Source: a virus (Duplodnaviria > Caudoviricetes). From it: a stretch of DNA of 54,235 nucleotides. The stretch is from positions 1 through 54,235 of IMG/VR virus record IMGVR_UViG_3300044647_001141; one strand, written 5' to 3'. The notes beneath the pieces are model-generated. The model was not told the DNA's origin. It saw only the letters and a list, made by a program, of their open reading frames with translations, and did no database searches. Below, one piece after another: positions 1 through 9,006 of this stretch; position 1 is the stretch's first letter; each line of letters begins with the position of its first letter. The position numbers were made by a program, and so were the translations under genes.

Positions 1-1
1 G

Positions 2-163
2 AAAGGCGGAAACTTTTATTCCGCCGTCACAAATCTTCTGGAATGGGGCGTCATCGCCCGGACGACTGAGCCGGAGGTGTACTACATAAATGCCAACATC
101 GTCTTCAACGGCGACAGAAGAAAGGCGCATCGGCAGACAAAGAAAAAAAACAAGAACCAATAA
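2..163 (+). CDS. RepL-like protein, C-terminal fragment (5' end outside window)
   Basis: Manual translation KGGNFYSAVTNLLEWGVIARTTEPEVYYINANIVFNGDRR...; the YxIN..xFNGDR ending is typical of RepL-family HTH proteins of Bacteroidota phages. Confidence 0.6.
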   Translation, partial: KGGNFYSAVTNLLEWGVIARTTEPEVYYINANIVFNGDRRKAHRQTKKKNKNQ

Positions 164-174
164 AAGCAGATCAC

Positions 175-1284
175 ATGTACACGGAACAAAAGCTATTTTC
201 TGAGGAGCAACACCCACAGGTCATCGTACCAAAATCGATGTCGCTGTCAACGACTGTACTGTCAACGACTGTTAATCAGTACGGCGACATCGGAGACCGC
301 AACCGCACCGAACTGCTCGAAAAGTTTGAGCCGTTCATGGCACAGGCCATCGAGTGGAAAAGAAGGTCGGAGTCGCTGGTGGTGACGGATGTCAGCCAGT
401 TACGCGAGATGAAGATGGCACGGGAGGCGAGACTCGCATTGCGCGATGTGCGAATCAACGCTGACAAGACACGCAAGTACCTAAAAGAGGAAGGACTCAG
501 GTATGGAAGGGCGGTACAGGGCGTGTACAATGTCATCGAATCCGCCATCGTCCCCATCGAGGCGCACCTGGAAAAGCAGGAGAAGTTCAAGGAAATTCAT
601 GAGATGAAGCTCCGCGAAGCCTTGCGCATCGAGCGTGAGCAAATAGTCGGCGACCTCAGGGAATACTTCATTGCAAACCTGAACCTTGGCGAAGTCACAG
701 AAGACGGGTTTCAGCAATTGCTCGAGGATGCCAGGCAGCAGAAGCAGCAAGTAGAGGATGCCGCACGAAAAGCCGAGGAGGAGCGCATTGCAAAGGAAAA
801 GGCGGAAGCAGAGGAAAGGGAGCGGCTGCGCCTTGAGAACGAGCGGCTGAAAGCGGAGCAGATAAAGGCTAAAGAAGAGGAAGCGCGTATCCGCAAAGAG
901 GCCGAAGCCAAGGCGGCGGAGGCAAGGATGCAAGTGGAGCGGTTGGAGGCTGAGTTACGCGCAAAGCAGGAGGCGGAAGTACTTGCGGCACAGCAGAAGA
1001 TAGAGATCGAGCGCATCTCAAATATGGCAAGAGAGCAACAGATGCGCAATGAGAAGGCGGAAGCAGATGCAAAAATTGTCATGACGCCTGTAATTGAACC
1101 ATGGTCTATCCTGCGTGACATCGTCATTGAACTGCCCAAGCGGATCAATTGTGACATCGATTCTGTATCACAGCAATTCCTTGACGGCATTGCAGCGGTA
1201 TTCTCCGGCATAGATGACATACTGAAGGAACACAGTGTCGATATTGATGAATTCAAAAAACAAGCAGAAGTTGAAAGTAATTGA
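175..1284 (+). CDS. Coiled-coil phage protein, function unknown
   Basis: 369 aa ORF with a long E/K/A/R-rich helical stretch; no catalytic motif recognised. Confidence 0.7.
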   Translation: MYTEQKLFSEEQHPQVIVPKSMSLSTTVLSTTVNQYGDIGDRNRTELLEKFEPFMAQAIEWKRRSESLVVTDVSQLREMKMAREARLALRDVRINADKTRKYLKEEGLRYGRAVQGVYNVIESAIVPIEAHLEKQEKFKEIHEMKLREALRIEREQIVGDLREYFIANLNLGEVTEDGFQQLLEDARQQKQQVEDAARKAEEERIAKEKAEAEERERLRLENERLKAEQIKAKEEEARIRKEAEAKAAEARMQVERLEAELRAKQEAEVLAAQQKIEIERISNMAREQQMRNEKAEADAKIVMTPVIEPWSILRDIVIELPKRINCDIDSVSQQFLDGIAAVFSGIDDILKEHSVDIDEFKKQAEVESN

Positions 1285-1903
1285 CAGGGGCATGCCGGTC
1301 GGTGACAAGGTGATACTGGCCGTGGATATGAAGCAGAAGTCAGACTTCGAGTTTACGACCGAGGGCGGTCTCAGGCTATGGGGCAACACCGACTTCGGCC
1401 ATGACGAGAAGAAGACAAGGCCGACGATTGCAGAGGTCGTGGCATCCCGGCACGATGACCTTCTGGCGGGCGATGTCGTGCTGTGCCACCACCACACTTT
1501 CAGCCGGGAAGTGAACAACGGCTATCTGCTTGGTGACATGGATACCGACACCGAAGACGGACGGCAGCTTTTTGCCATCGAGAGGGCGCTGATACATTTC
1601 AAGGTGGGTGCCAATGGGGAGGCGATACCGCTATCCGGGTTCATTACGGCACTGAGGATAGAGAGAAAGTATGAAGGAGTAGAGCATGTCGTAATTCCGG
1701 AGAGTGCGGTGACGACCTACGCCAACCAGTTCCGCGTGCTTGAGGTGGGTACCGACTGCGAGGGCGTGGAGCCGGGGGATGTCGTCATCGCGTATCCCAA
1801 GTCGGACTACAAGATGGAGTACACCTATAATGGCCGCATGCGCACCTGCATCCGGATAAAATACTCCGACATCCTGGCGACGGCAAAAGACGTGGTGGTG
1901 TGA
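1247..1903 (+). CDS. Tandem two-domain GroES/Cpn10-like co-chaperonin
   Basis: Two GroES-like units: PVGDKVIL..TEGGLRL..AEVVAS..LLAGDVVL and PLSGFI..VVIPES..RVLEVGTDCEGVEPGDVVI..IKYSDILA. ATG at 1247 preferred to GTG at 1235. Confidence 0.7.
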   Translation: MNSKNKQKLKVIDRGMPVGDKVILAVDMKQKSDFEFTTEGGLRLWGNTDFGHDEKKTRPTIAEVVASRHDDLLAGDVVLCHHHTFSREVNNGYLLGDMDTDTEDGRQLFAIERALIHFKVGANGEAIPLSGFITALRIERKYEGVEHVVIPESAVTTYANQFRVLEVGTDCEGVEPGDVVIAYPKSDYKMEYTYNGRMRTCIRIKYSDILATAKDVVV

Positions 1904-2115
1904 GGCAGTGGGTGACGATAATACATGCAGTGGATCCCTATGACGGCGTGCTGAAGACATGGTGCGGACCGAACGTCCCGGCGCCAACCTTTGAGCTGGC
2001 CGTAGAGTATTGCCTGAACAATGGCCTTGGATACTGCATGGTGATCGGGGAATTGGTATCAAGCCAAAGCGGTAATGAGGAAAGAATCGATCTGGACATC
2101 ATAAAAATGAACTGA
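1900..2115 (+). CDS. Hypothetical protein
   Basis: 71 aa ORF translationally coupled to both neighbours (GTGA and TGATG overlaps). Confidence 0.6.
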   Translation: MRQWVTIIHAVDPYDGVLKTWCGPNVPAPTFELAVEYCLNNGLGYCMVIGELVSSQSGNEERIDLDIIKMN

Positions 2116-2447
2116 TGGCAAAAGTAAGCGTGGCCATGCCGCAGATAGGTGAGGATGAGATAAGGGTGCTGAAGGAGCGTGTCGCGTTCATTGAGAGCGA
2201 CCCGTATGCCCGCATGTACGAGGGACTGCTGAAGCAATGGAACGACATCGCAGCCGACCTCGCCAGGGTGAAAATAAGCATCGACGGGGATGACAAGTCA
2301 TTCGACCGGTTCGCCAAACTTGTCGAGAAGCTCGGACCCATGACCGACAGCATCGAGAAACTGAGAAAGAAGATCGGCATTGAGGCGGAGGACAGCCAGA
2401 AGAAGAAGGCGGTAAATCCTATTGAATCAAGTCTTAAAAGCAAATGA
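2115..2447 (+). CDS. Hypothetical helical protein (candidate terminase small subunit)
   Basis: 110 aa helical ORF, coupled to the upstream gene and shortly upstream of terL; the function is positional inference only. Confidence 0.5.
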   Translation: MAKVSVAMPQIGEDEIRVLKERVAFIESDPYARMYEGLLKQWNDIAADLARVKISIDGDDKSFDRFAKLVEKLGPMTDSIEKLRKKIGIEAEDSQKKKAVNPIESSLKSK

Positions 2448-2448
2448 C

Positions 2449-2946
2449 ATGAAGGAATTCAGCATCTCCGACTGGGAGAGCGGATACGAGATCCGCACAC
2501 GCAACGGACGAAAGGTCATTAGGCTCGTTCGGTTCACCGGTGTCAAGTGGGAGTTCTTCGGGCAGGTGGAGGGTGAGCCGGAGGTGATTGCCTGGAAGCA
2601 GAACGGGCGGTGGCGGTCGATAGATGATGAGCGCAGCGAGATGGACCTCGTGGTGTGGTCAGGCGGTGACAGGCCGGGCAGCGACAGCACCTATGAGTGG
2701 AATATCGGGTACTGGTTCACCAGGGCGCTTTCAATGATGAACGAAATTGTCAATGCACCCGAGGAAAAAAGAAAGCCGATGCTCAAAGCTTTCGCCTGGC
2801 AGATCAACTGGGTGTCCAAGAGGCTTTGGTCGGGCAAGTGGGACAGAGAAACGGTGGAGCGGATATGGGAGGAGCATATGATAGTGCAGGTAAATGAATT
2901 GTTGGACCGTATAAACAGCGAACAACATGTTGGCAAGCAGGGATGA
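2449..2946 (+). CDS. Hypothetical protein
   Basis: ATG at 2449 (MKEFSISDW...) 1 nt after the previous stop; 165 aa. Confidence 0.6.
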   Translation: MKEFSISDWESGYEIRTRNGRKVIRLVRFTGVKWEFFGQVEGEPEVIAWKQNGRWRSIDDERSEMDLVVWSGGDRPGSDSTYEWNIGYWFTRALSMMNEIVNAPEEKRKPMLKAFAWQINWVSKRLWSGKWDRETVERIWEEHMIVQVNELLDRINSEQHVGKQG

Positions 2947-3421
2947 CAGGATACTTGACACAAAGACGTGGATGCGCACGTCGTATGCCATCAATGACAT
3001 CCTGAGTAAATACGACAAGCTGACCCTTATCAGGCTCATACTGATGATCGAACTCCTTGACTTTCCCTATGGCGCAAAGGTCGGGGAAATGGTGAGCCGC
3101 CTTGAGCTGGATGCGGAAGTGATCAGCGGGGGATTGGAGCGGACGGTATCCTCCACGCCGTGGATGGCCGTTGAAAGGGTAGGGGTGTCGGAGGGAAAGG
3201 TGATGAAAGTGTTCTATCTCACCGAGGAGGGGAAGATCTTCCTAAGAGGCGTAAAGAAGCAATTGCATAAGTCATACCGGAAATACAAGAAACTCGCCAC
3301 CTATGAAAGAGCAAATCTATGGCGTAACCGTGACGTACCCGCAGATCCCATCAGCAAACAAGATCGCGAACCGGGAACTTCCACCAAAACAGCAGTACTT
3401 CCGCAGGGCGGAGACGCCTGA
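2927..3421 (+). CDS. Winged-helix (MarR-like) DNA-binding protein
   Basis: HTH-like KVGEMVSRLELDAEVISGGLER followed by wing VFYLTEEGK; overlaps the terL start by 119 nt. Confidence 0.55.
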   Translation: MLASRDDRILDTKTWMRTSYAINDILSKYDKLTLIRLILMIELLDFPYGAKVGEMVSRLELDAEVISGGLERTVSSTPWMAVERVGVSEGKVMKVFYLTEEGKIFLRGVKKQLHKSYRKYKKLATYERANLWRNRDVPADPISKQDREPGTSTKTAVLPQGGDA

Positions 3422-5345
3422 GGTTTTCAACGAGCTTGACTACGACGACGACGGGGATCCGATATACACCGAACAGATGCTTGAGTTCATCCATCAGGAA
3501 CTCGACCGCATCGACAACGGATATTTCTTCTACAACAACCAGAAGCTGGTGTACATCACCGGTGAGCATTATTTCTACATAAACTACTGGACACTTGAGA
3601 ACGATGAGAGACCCGACTATCGCGACTGCGACCGCAGGTGGTTCCTGTTCAAGGACTACTGCCAGCAGCATCCGAGCATAGACGGCGTCATCCGTATCAA
3701 AAAACGCCGGGAGGGTGCTACATCCCAGGAGACCGCATGCCTTGTCAGGACGGCCCTGCGTAACCGCAAGGCGTTCTGCGGCATCATGTCAAAGACCGGA
3801 AAGGATGCCAAGGACTGTTTTGTGAAGATGGTAAAGAACGGATTCGATCAGCTGCCGATATTCCTGAGGCCGACCAACATCGAAGACCCGGACTCGCAGA
3901 TGCAAATTGTGTTCCGAAAGCCGAAGGAGCGCAGTGCCGCCAAGCTCAAACTGAAGCGAAGGAAGGGCCAGGTGTTCGAGGATGACAAGGGCATCGGCAG
4001 CCGCATAGACTTCAGAAATACCGAGCTGAACTCCTATGACTCCGGCAGGCTGACGGAGATACTTGTCGACGAGGGCGGTAAGTTCCCGCCGGATGTGCCG
4101 ATCAATGAATACTGGCCTATCGTCAGGCAGACCCTCCGGCAGGGCGGAAAGAAGGTCGGCTTCTGTGTCATGCCCTCGACGAGCAACAAGCTCACCAAGG
4201 GTGGCCGGGGGTATAAGGTGCTGTGGGACGAGAGTAACCATATCGAGTCTAAGATAACCGCCACGGGACTCTACCGGTATTTCTGTCCGGCACACGATGG
4301 CTACCCTCCCTTCATTGACAAATACGGCAACAGCATCATCGAGAAGCCGACGCGCGAGCAGCAGCTATGGATGAAGGAATACTACGGCGCCACCGATGAC
4401 CAGTGCGAGATGAGTGCAAAGGAATACATCCTGTACCGCCGTTCCCTCATCCGTAACATGGACGCACGCAACGAGGAGACAAGGATGTTCCCGCTCAACG
4501 AGAAGGAGGCGTTCGACTTCGACGACAATACCAATATCTACAACCTCACGGCCATCCGTGACCAGCGGGAATACCTCACAGAGAAGCGACCGGTGCTGCG
4601 GCGTGTCAGGTTCACCAGGGACCGGGATGGCAAGGCGACATGGATAAACGATCCCGACGGCATGTGGCTGGTACTTCGTTTCCCGGACAGCAGCGAGGAG
4701 AACGCAACGATGAGCGATGCGGTGACATCAAAGGTGTCGCCGGCCAACAGGTCTAAATACATTCTGACGGCGGATCCATACAAGAACACCATCGTGGTCG
4801 GGCAGGGGTCAAAGGGTGCCGCCATCGTATGGAGCAAGTTCAATCCGCTTGACCCGGAGAACACGGGCATGCCAATCGCCTTGTTCTGGGGGCGACCAAG
4901 GCGCAAGAAGGAGTTCCACATGCAGATGCTGCTTGCCGGCGAGTTCTGGGGGTGCGAGTTGTGCTATGAGAGCGACTACGATGACTACATCGAATTTCTC
5001 ATGGACGAGGGCAAGATGTCATACGCCATGAAAAGGCCGAAGAACACCATAGATCCGAACAGGAAGCGAAAGGTGATGGGAAAGGAGTATGGCGTCAAGT
5101 CGGGTGACGGGTTCAGCTATTCGATGATGATCGACCGGAGCGTGGAATACGTCGACCAGTACTGCCATAAGATCTACTTCGATGACATCCTCGATCAGCT
5201 CGAAGAATACAGCGAGGAGGAGCGGACACTCTATGACATCGCCGTGGCATTCCAGTTGGGAACCGTCGCCATCAGCGACCCGGTGAAGAAGACAAGGGCG
5301 GAGGCCAAGAAGATGAAACCGTACATGAGGACATACCAGTTGTAA
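3303..5345 (+). CDS. terL: Terminase large subunit (crAss-like type)
   Basis: YITGEHYFYINYW, Walker A variant KKRREGATS, Walker B ILVDEGGK, motif III PSTS, RNase H-fold acidic residues LTADPY / YESD / YDIAVA. Confidence 0.93.
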   Translation: MKEQIYGVTVTYPQIPSANKIANRELPPKQQYFRRAETPEVFNELDYDDDGDPIYTEQMLEFIHQELDRIDNGYFFYNNQKLVYITGEHYFYINYWTLENDERPDYRDCDRRWFLFKDYCQQHPSIDGVIRIKKRREGATSQETACLVRTALRNRKAFCGIMSKTGKDAKDCFVKMVKNGFDQLPIFLRPTNIEDPDSQMQIVFRKPKERSAAKLKLKRRKGQVFEDDKGIGSRIDFRNTELNSYDSGRLTEILVDEGGKFPPDVPINEYWPIVRQTLRQGGKKVGFCVMPSTSNKLTKGGRGYKVLWDESNHIESKITATGLYRYFCPAHDGYPPFIDKYGNSIIEKPTREQQLWMKEYYGATDDQCEMSAKEYILYRRSLIRNMDARNEETRMFPLNEKEAFDFDDNTNIYNLTAIRDQREYLTEKRPVLRRVRFTRDRDGKATWINDPDGMWLVLRFPDSSEENATMSDAVTSKVSPANRSKYILTADPYKNTIVVGQGSKGAAIVWSKFNPLDPENTGMPIALFWGRPRRKKEFHMQMLLAGEFWGCELCYESDYDDYIEFLMDEGKMSYAMKRPKNTIDPNRKRKVMGKEYGVKSGDGFSYSMMIDRSVEYVDQYCHKIYFDDILDQLEEYSEEERTLYDIAVAFQLGTVAISDPVKKTRAEAKKMKPYMRTYQL

Positions 5346-5376
5346 ATAGATTACAAACCAAAAACCAGTAAGCAAA

Positions 5377-5709
5377 ATGAGACATGTTGAAAAGGCGCTT
5401 GTCGCCATGAAGGAAAGCAATGAGTTGTCTAAATTTATCAAACTCGAAAATGCGGATGACGTATCCGGCATTGCGCCGGTGGTTAAGTTCACCGTACAGA
5501 GCGATCCGGTGAGTGCCGTAGGCGTGAACGGATTACAGGCCGTCGATATGCTTGAATACGTCAAGAACTTGTTCAAGAGCCTAAACGACACATTCCCCTG
5601 CCGGGAGAACAGCATTACAATCACAAAGATTGAGGAAGCCATTTTTTGGCAGGAGGCCCGGACAAGGGATCGGATGAAGCGCGGCGTAGAAGGACAAAAC
5701 AAGAACTAA
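5377..5709 (+). CDS. tad1: Tad1-like (Thoeris anti-defence 1 / Acb2-Tad1 hairpin family) signalling-nucleotide sponge
   Basis: C-terminal GVNG..DML..FPCRENSITITKIEEAIFWQEARTRDRMKRGVEG matches the Tad1 signature as I recall it (REN..ALTHVEEALMW..RR..DR..R.V.G). Confidence 0.75.
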   Translation: MRHVEKALVAMKESNELSKFIKLENADDVSGIAPVVKFTVQSDPVSAVGVNGLQAVDMLEYVKNLFKSLNDTFPCRENSITITKIEEAIFWQEARTRDRMKRGVEGQNKN

Positions 5710-5715
5710 TAGGGC

Positions 5716-6555
5716 ATGATAGGCTTTCATGAAAAGGGACATCGCTACGAGTCCATCTCAGAGGATCTTCAGGGCGTGGAGTGGATCAGCGCCACAGGCT
5801 TTGTGGGCCGATTTGAGACACCCTTCGACAAGAATGGAGTTGCGGACAAGGTGAGTAAGAAAAAGGGCAGCAAGTGGTACGGTATGCCCCCCTGGCGTAT
5901 TGTTGAGTTGTGGGATGCGGAGAACCAAAGGTCGACGGATATCGGCTCGATGCTTCACGCCCATCTGGAGCGCAAGTATCTGAGTATGGAAACCATGCCG
6001 CTGTTCGGAAAGGAACTCAAGGTGAACCCACCCTGGTACGACGACCTTGGCAGGAAGATTGACATGCTGCCTCAGATGTCCGAGGGTGTGTATCCTGAGA
6101 AGCTGCTGTTCAAGCGCATCAGCGAAACACTTGGCGTGTGCGGGCAATCCGATGTCGTGGCGATATGCGATGGCAAGGCGCACATCTCCGACCACAAGAC
6201 CAACAAGGAGATAAAGACCGAGAACCACTGGAGTAAACTGCTGCCGCCGTATAGCCATCTGGACGACTGCGAATACAGCAAGTACAACCTGCAGTTATCC
6301 CTGTACATGTGGATTGTATTGCAAAACAATCCGGAGTTAGAGCCGGGCGAGATGCTGATCAGGCACAACCTGTTCGAGATTGAGGCCGTGGATGACTACG
6401 GGTTTCCGGTAGTGGCCATTCGCGGTGGTGTGCCGGTGGTCAGGGAGGTAGTGAAGTACAGGATGAAATACCTGCGCGAGGAGATAGAAAGCGGCATCGA
6501 GTGGATTGTGCGCAATCACAACCGCAAGCAGGCAGCATTAAAAGTAAACCCATAG
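5716..6555 (+). CDS. PD-(D/E)xK superfamily nuclease (Cas4/exonuclease-like)
   Basis: F.EKGHRY, GSMLHAHLE, PEKLL, GVCGQSDVV, ISDHKTNKEIK, KYNLQLSLY motifs. Confidence 0.85.
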   Translation: MIGFHEKGHRYESISEDLQGVEWISATGFVGRFETPFDKNGVADKVSKKKGSKWYGMPPWRIVELWDAENQRSTDIGSMLHAHLERKYLSMETMPLFGKELKVNPPWYDDLGRKIDMLPQMSEGVYPEKLLFKRISETLGVCGQSDVVAICDGKAHISDHKTNKEIKTENHWSKLLPPYSHLDDCEYSKYNLQLSLYMWIVLQNNPELEPGEMLIRHNLFEIEAVDDYGFPVVAIRGGVPVVREVVKYRMKYLREEIESGIEWIVRNHNRKQAALKVNP

Positions 6556-6584
6556 GTTGACATTTCCGCTGGGGTTGTCAATCC
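6555..6584. terminator. Weak hairpin between convergent genes, possible bidirectional terminator
   Basis: GGTTGACA...TGTCAATC imperfect stem between stops at 6555 (+) and 6596 (-); no strong U-tract. Confidence 0.3.
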
Positions 6585-6595
6585 ATGAGTTTACT

Positions 6596-7171
6596 TTATG
6601 GGGTGGGTTGGAAGTCGTCCGAGACACTTTGGGATATCAATACACCAAAGGCATCTATGATCTGCCGCAGATGGGAGTCCCACGGCATGATAACGCTTTT
6701 CTCCGCCTTCCATTTGTCCTGGTTGGCCATTAAAATTTCCCGGTTGAGGGTTTCCGGCATGTCGAACAAAATCAGCAGACCCGGATTTTCTGCCGTATTG
6801 TTGCTTATCCGAACCCTGAATCTGTTCTCCCTGGCATCAACTGTCAGCAACCCTTTGCCGGCCAGATTGATCCTTGCGACGCCCGGCTTTGCGGAGAACA
6901 TGAAACTTATCTGTGTGCTGATGCTTCCCGAAACCCTGTCCTCATCGATCTTGCCGTATTTGTAATTTACGTTTTTTATGAGTGCCGCCTTTGCCGAGTT
7001 AAACACCTTGTCCCTGTCGTTCACTGAATCGAGCATGAAGACCTTCTCATAAACTATCCTCCCGTTTTCTATTGGAATTGTGGTCAATACTTCCGCCTCC
7101 GTGTTCTTTATCTGGGCAAATAGAAAGGACGGTAATAGTGACAAGAAGGCGATTGTCTTTACAATGTTCAT
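6596..7171 (-). CDS. Exported protein, DUF4468-like
   Basis: Start at 7171 gives a signal peptide MNIVKTIAFLSLLPSFLFA|Q; the pattern GRIVYEKVF..RDKVFNSAK..DEDRVSGSI..LTVDARENRFRV resembles Bacteroidota DUF4468. Confidence 0.65.
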   Translation of the reverse strand: MNIVKTIAFLSLLPSFLFAQIKNTEAEVLTTIPIENGRIVYEKVFMLDSVNDRDKVFNSAKAALIKNVNYKYGKIDEDRVSGSISTQISFMFSAKPGVARINLAGKGLLTVDARENRFRVRISNNTAENPGLLILFDMPETLNREILMANQDKWKAEKSVIMPWDSHLRQIIDAFGVLISQSVSDDFQPTP

Positions 7172-7205
7172 GTAACGATTGGATTTCTCAAGGAATTGAT
7201 GCAAA

Positions 7206-7748
7206 CTACTTCTCCTTGTGCGTGTTGCAGAATTTCGTGCCGGAGATGGCGCAGTTCTTGCACTGCACCTTGGTGGACTTAGCGATAGCCTCGCATTGCC
7301 CGAACTTGCAGGCGGCATCCACTTCTGTGCTATATGACCTTGTGAACAGGGAGAACAGAATGATGAACAGGACGACAATGCCGAGGCATCCGGACTTGTT
7401 GGCGGATACCGTTTTTTCGTCAATGGTCTCTCCGGAAAGCGCCTTGGATACAAGACCGAAGAACTTATCGACGATCTCATTGGCCTGGTTGCCGCTGTTG
7501 GTCGCCTTGTTCGAGGTCAGTATGATCTGTGTTTCGGTGTCACTTACTTTCTTGAGCTGTATGGTGGCCGGGACAATTACCGCAAAGCCGCCGACAAGGG
7601 CAACGGTGTAGGTGTTCATGACGGCGTCCCTACTCTCTATCTGGTAGAACTTTTTGCTTGCCGCACATACTTTTTCAATTGCTTCCTTAACATCTGCAAT
7701 GGGGAATGATACCTGTACGTCTCTGTTGATGCCGATTGATAATGCCAT
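7206..7748 (-). CDS. Membrane protein with C-terminal CCCH zinc-knuckle-like domain
   Basis: KSGCLGIVVLFIILFSLF TM segment, then QCEAIAKSTKVQCKNCAISGTKFCNTH; A-rich leader TTAAACCAAAAAAAC-ATG. Confidence 0.7.
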   Translation of the reverse strand: MALSIGINRDVQVSFPIADVKEAIEKVCAASKKFYQIESRDAVMNTYTVALVGGFAVIVPATIQLKKVSDTETQIILTSNKATNSGNQANEIVDKFFGLVSKALSGETIDEKTVSANKSGCLGIVVLFIILFSLFTRSYSTEVDAACKFGQCEAIAKSTKVQCKNCAISGTKFCNTHKEK

Positions 7749-7806
7749 GTTTTTTTGGTTTAATGGTGTTTATATGGATGCGGAGATGAAATTAATGAAT
7801 GAATGT

Positions 7807-7944
7807 TTACCGGCATGTGGCATTTATGACATATTTATTTTTGCTGCCGGGATTATCACGCAGCGCATCAGCAAAATGTTCCTTTGCCTGTCTTAATGCG
7901 ATCAAAGCATTGACTACACTACTTGCCCCTTTGTTCATTGCCAT
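7807..7944 (-). pseudogene. Truncated paralog (45 aa) of the 11666-12034 gene
   Basis: Manual translation MAMNKGASSVVNALIALRQAKEHFADALRDNPGS aligns with MKSGASDLVNAIHSVRQAYEHFGSFQRENPGT, then diverges and stops. Confidence 0.6.
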
Positions 7945-8161
7945 ATGTTTCGTTGTAGTGTACTGCTGCGTCTTTTATTTCTGATTCACCTTTAGCATAT
8001 TCATATCCATTCCATTTGCCCGCATGAAAGGCATCTTCAATCTGCTCCTTCTCCATTGCTTTTGCTTTATGATATTCAGCTATGGGCAATTTCTTAAAAT
8101 ATCCGTGTTCAACCAATATATCTAAAAGCCATTCTACTGCAGTCTGCTTGTTATTCTCCAT
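7919..8161 (-). CDS. Small phage protein, QTAVEWL...EKEQI...YNETY family
   Basis: 80 aa; paralog of the adjacent 8151-8360 gene. Confidence 0.75.
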   Translation of the reverse strand: MENNKQTAVEWLLDILVEHGYFKKLPIAEYHKAKAMEKEQIEDAFHAGKWNGYEYAKGESEIKDAAVHYNETYGNEQRGK

Positions 8162-8360
8162 ATGTTTCTTTATAGTATTGTTCTGGTCTAAATTCTTTAT
8201 CTGTCATATCGTAACTTCCCTGTGTGTAAGCATGCGCAATCTGCTCCTTCTCAATAATTTTAGCAAAATCAAACCATGCGTTAATGCTTCCCACTAATTC
8301 TTCCGATGATGCGGTTGAAAGTTTTTGGTATAACCACCCTACTGCCGTTTGTTGTGCCAT
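8151..8360 (-). CDS. Small phage protein, QTAVxWL...EKEQI...YYKETY family
   Basis: MAQQTAVGWL start at 8360 (alternative in-frame ATG at 8390); its end overlaps the ATG of the next gene. Confidence 0.75.
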   Translation of the reverse strand: MAQQTAVGWLYQKLSTASSEELVGSINAWFDFAKIIEKEQIAHAYTQGSYDMTDKEFRPEQYYKETYGE

Positions 8361-8390
8361 GTGTTTTATTTTATATATTTTATGTGCCAT

Positions 8391-8594
8391 TTAATTATAG
8401 GAACGAAACCAACTGCGTTTTGAATTAGCCATAAATTTAGTTTGGCACTTTACGCATTCGAATTGCCCTACCTCTCTACCATCAACCATGTCAATAAATT
8501 TACATTCTTCAATCGTTCTAATATGGTGAAAAATGGCACATAACAAGGTATTTATAAAAGAATGGCTTTTGTGCTTAATTGTCTGTTGTGCCAT
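8391..8594 (-). CDS. Small putative Zn-binding protein
   Basis: 67 aa with LLCAIFHH..FECVKCQ; begins MAQQT like its neighbours. Confidence 0.6.
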   Translation of the reverse strand: MAQQTIKHKSHSFINTLLCAIFHHIRTIEECKFIDMVDGREVGQFECVKCQTKFMANSKRSWFRSYN

Positions 8595-8597
8595 AAT

Positions 8598-8996
8598 TTA
8601 CTTTTTGAATAGTGTTTTAAAGTATTGTTTGATTGCCCACCATATAAGCATTCTAATTGCTTTTCTTTGATTGTGATATGGTAATTGAAAAAAATCTGGG
8701 AATACATTAATTAACACCTTACGAGTATTTGCATAGTAGTAAGTAGATTCTATTTTTTCATTGATAGGTGGATTGTTCCGCACGGAAAATGTAAATTCTG
8801 GATTTGAGCTAATTGAAAACTTACCATTATTTACAGGTATATTGATACGCATTGTGGAAACTAAATCTTGATTTGCAGTAACTGTAAACTTACCACCGAA
8901 TTTGTAAGTAGATTCCTTTTCCATTTGATTTGCACTAACTGAAAAATCACCGAAACTGTAAGTAGATTCTTCTTTTATTGGCGTTTTCTGTGCCAT
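8598..8996 (-). CDS. Hypothetical protein with internal ESTY repeats
   Basis: 132 aa; KEESTYSFGDFSVSANQ / EKESTYKFGGKFTVTANQ / KIESTYYY. Confidence 0.6.
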   Translation of the reverse strand: MAQKTPIKEESTYSFGDFSVSANQMEKESTYKFGGKFTVTANQDLVSTMRINIPVNNGKFSISSNPEFTFSVRNNPPINEKIESTYYYANTRKVLINVFPDFFQLPYHNQRKAIRMLIWWAIKQYFKTLFKK

Positions 8997-9006
8997 GTTA
9001 TTTGGT

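Noticed and set aside
244-272. Tandem CTGTCAACGACTGT duplication (LSTTV x2)
   Set aside because: A single in-frame micro-duplication in a probably disordered N-terminus; no further copies noticed.
7172-7480. 103-aa extension of the 6596-7480 ORF
   Set aside because: Overlaps the 7206-7748 gene; the ATG at 7171 exposes a clean signal peptide.
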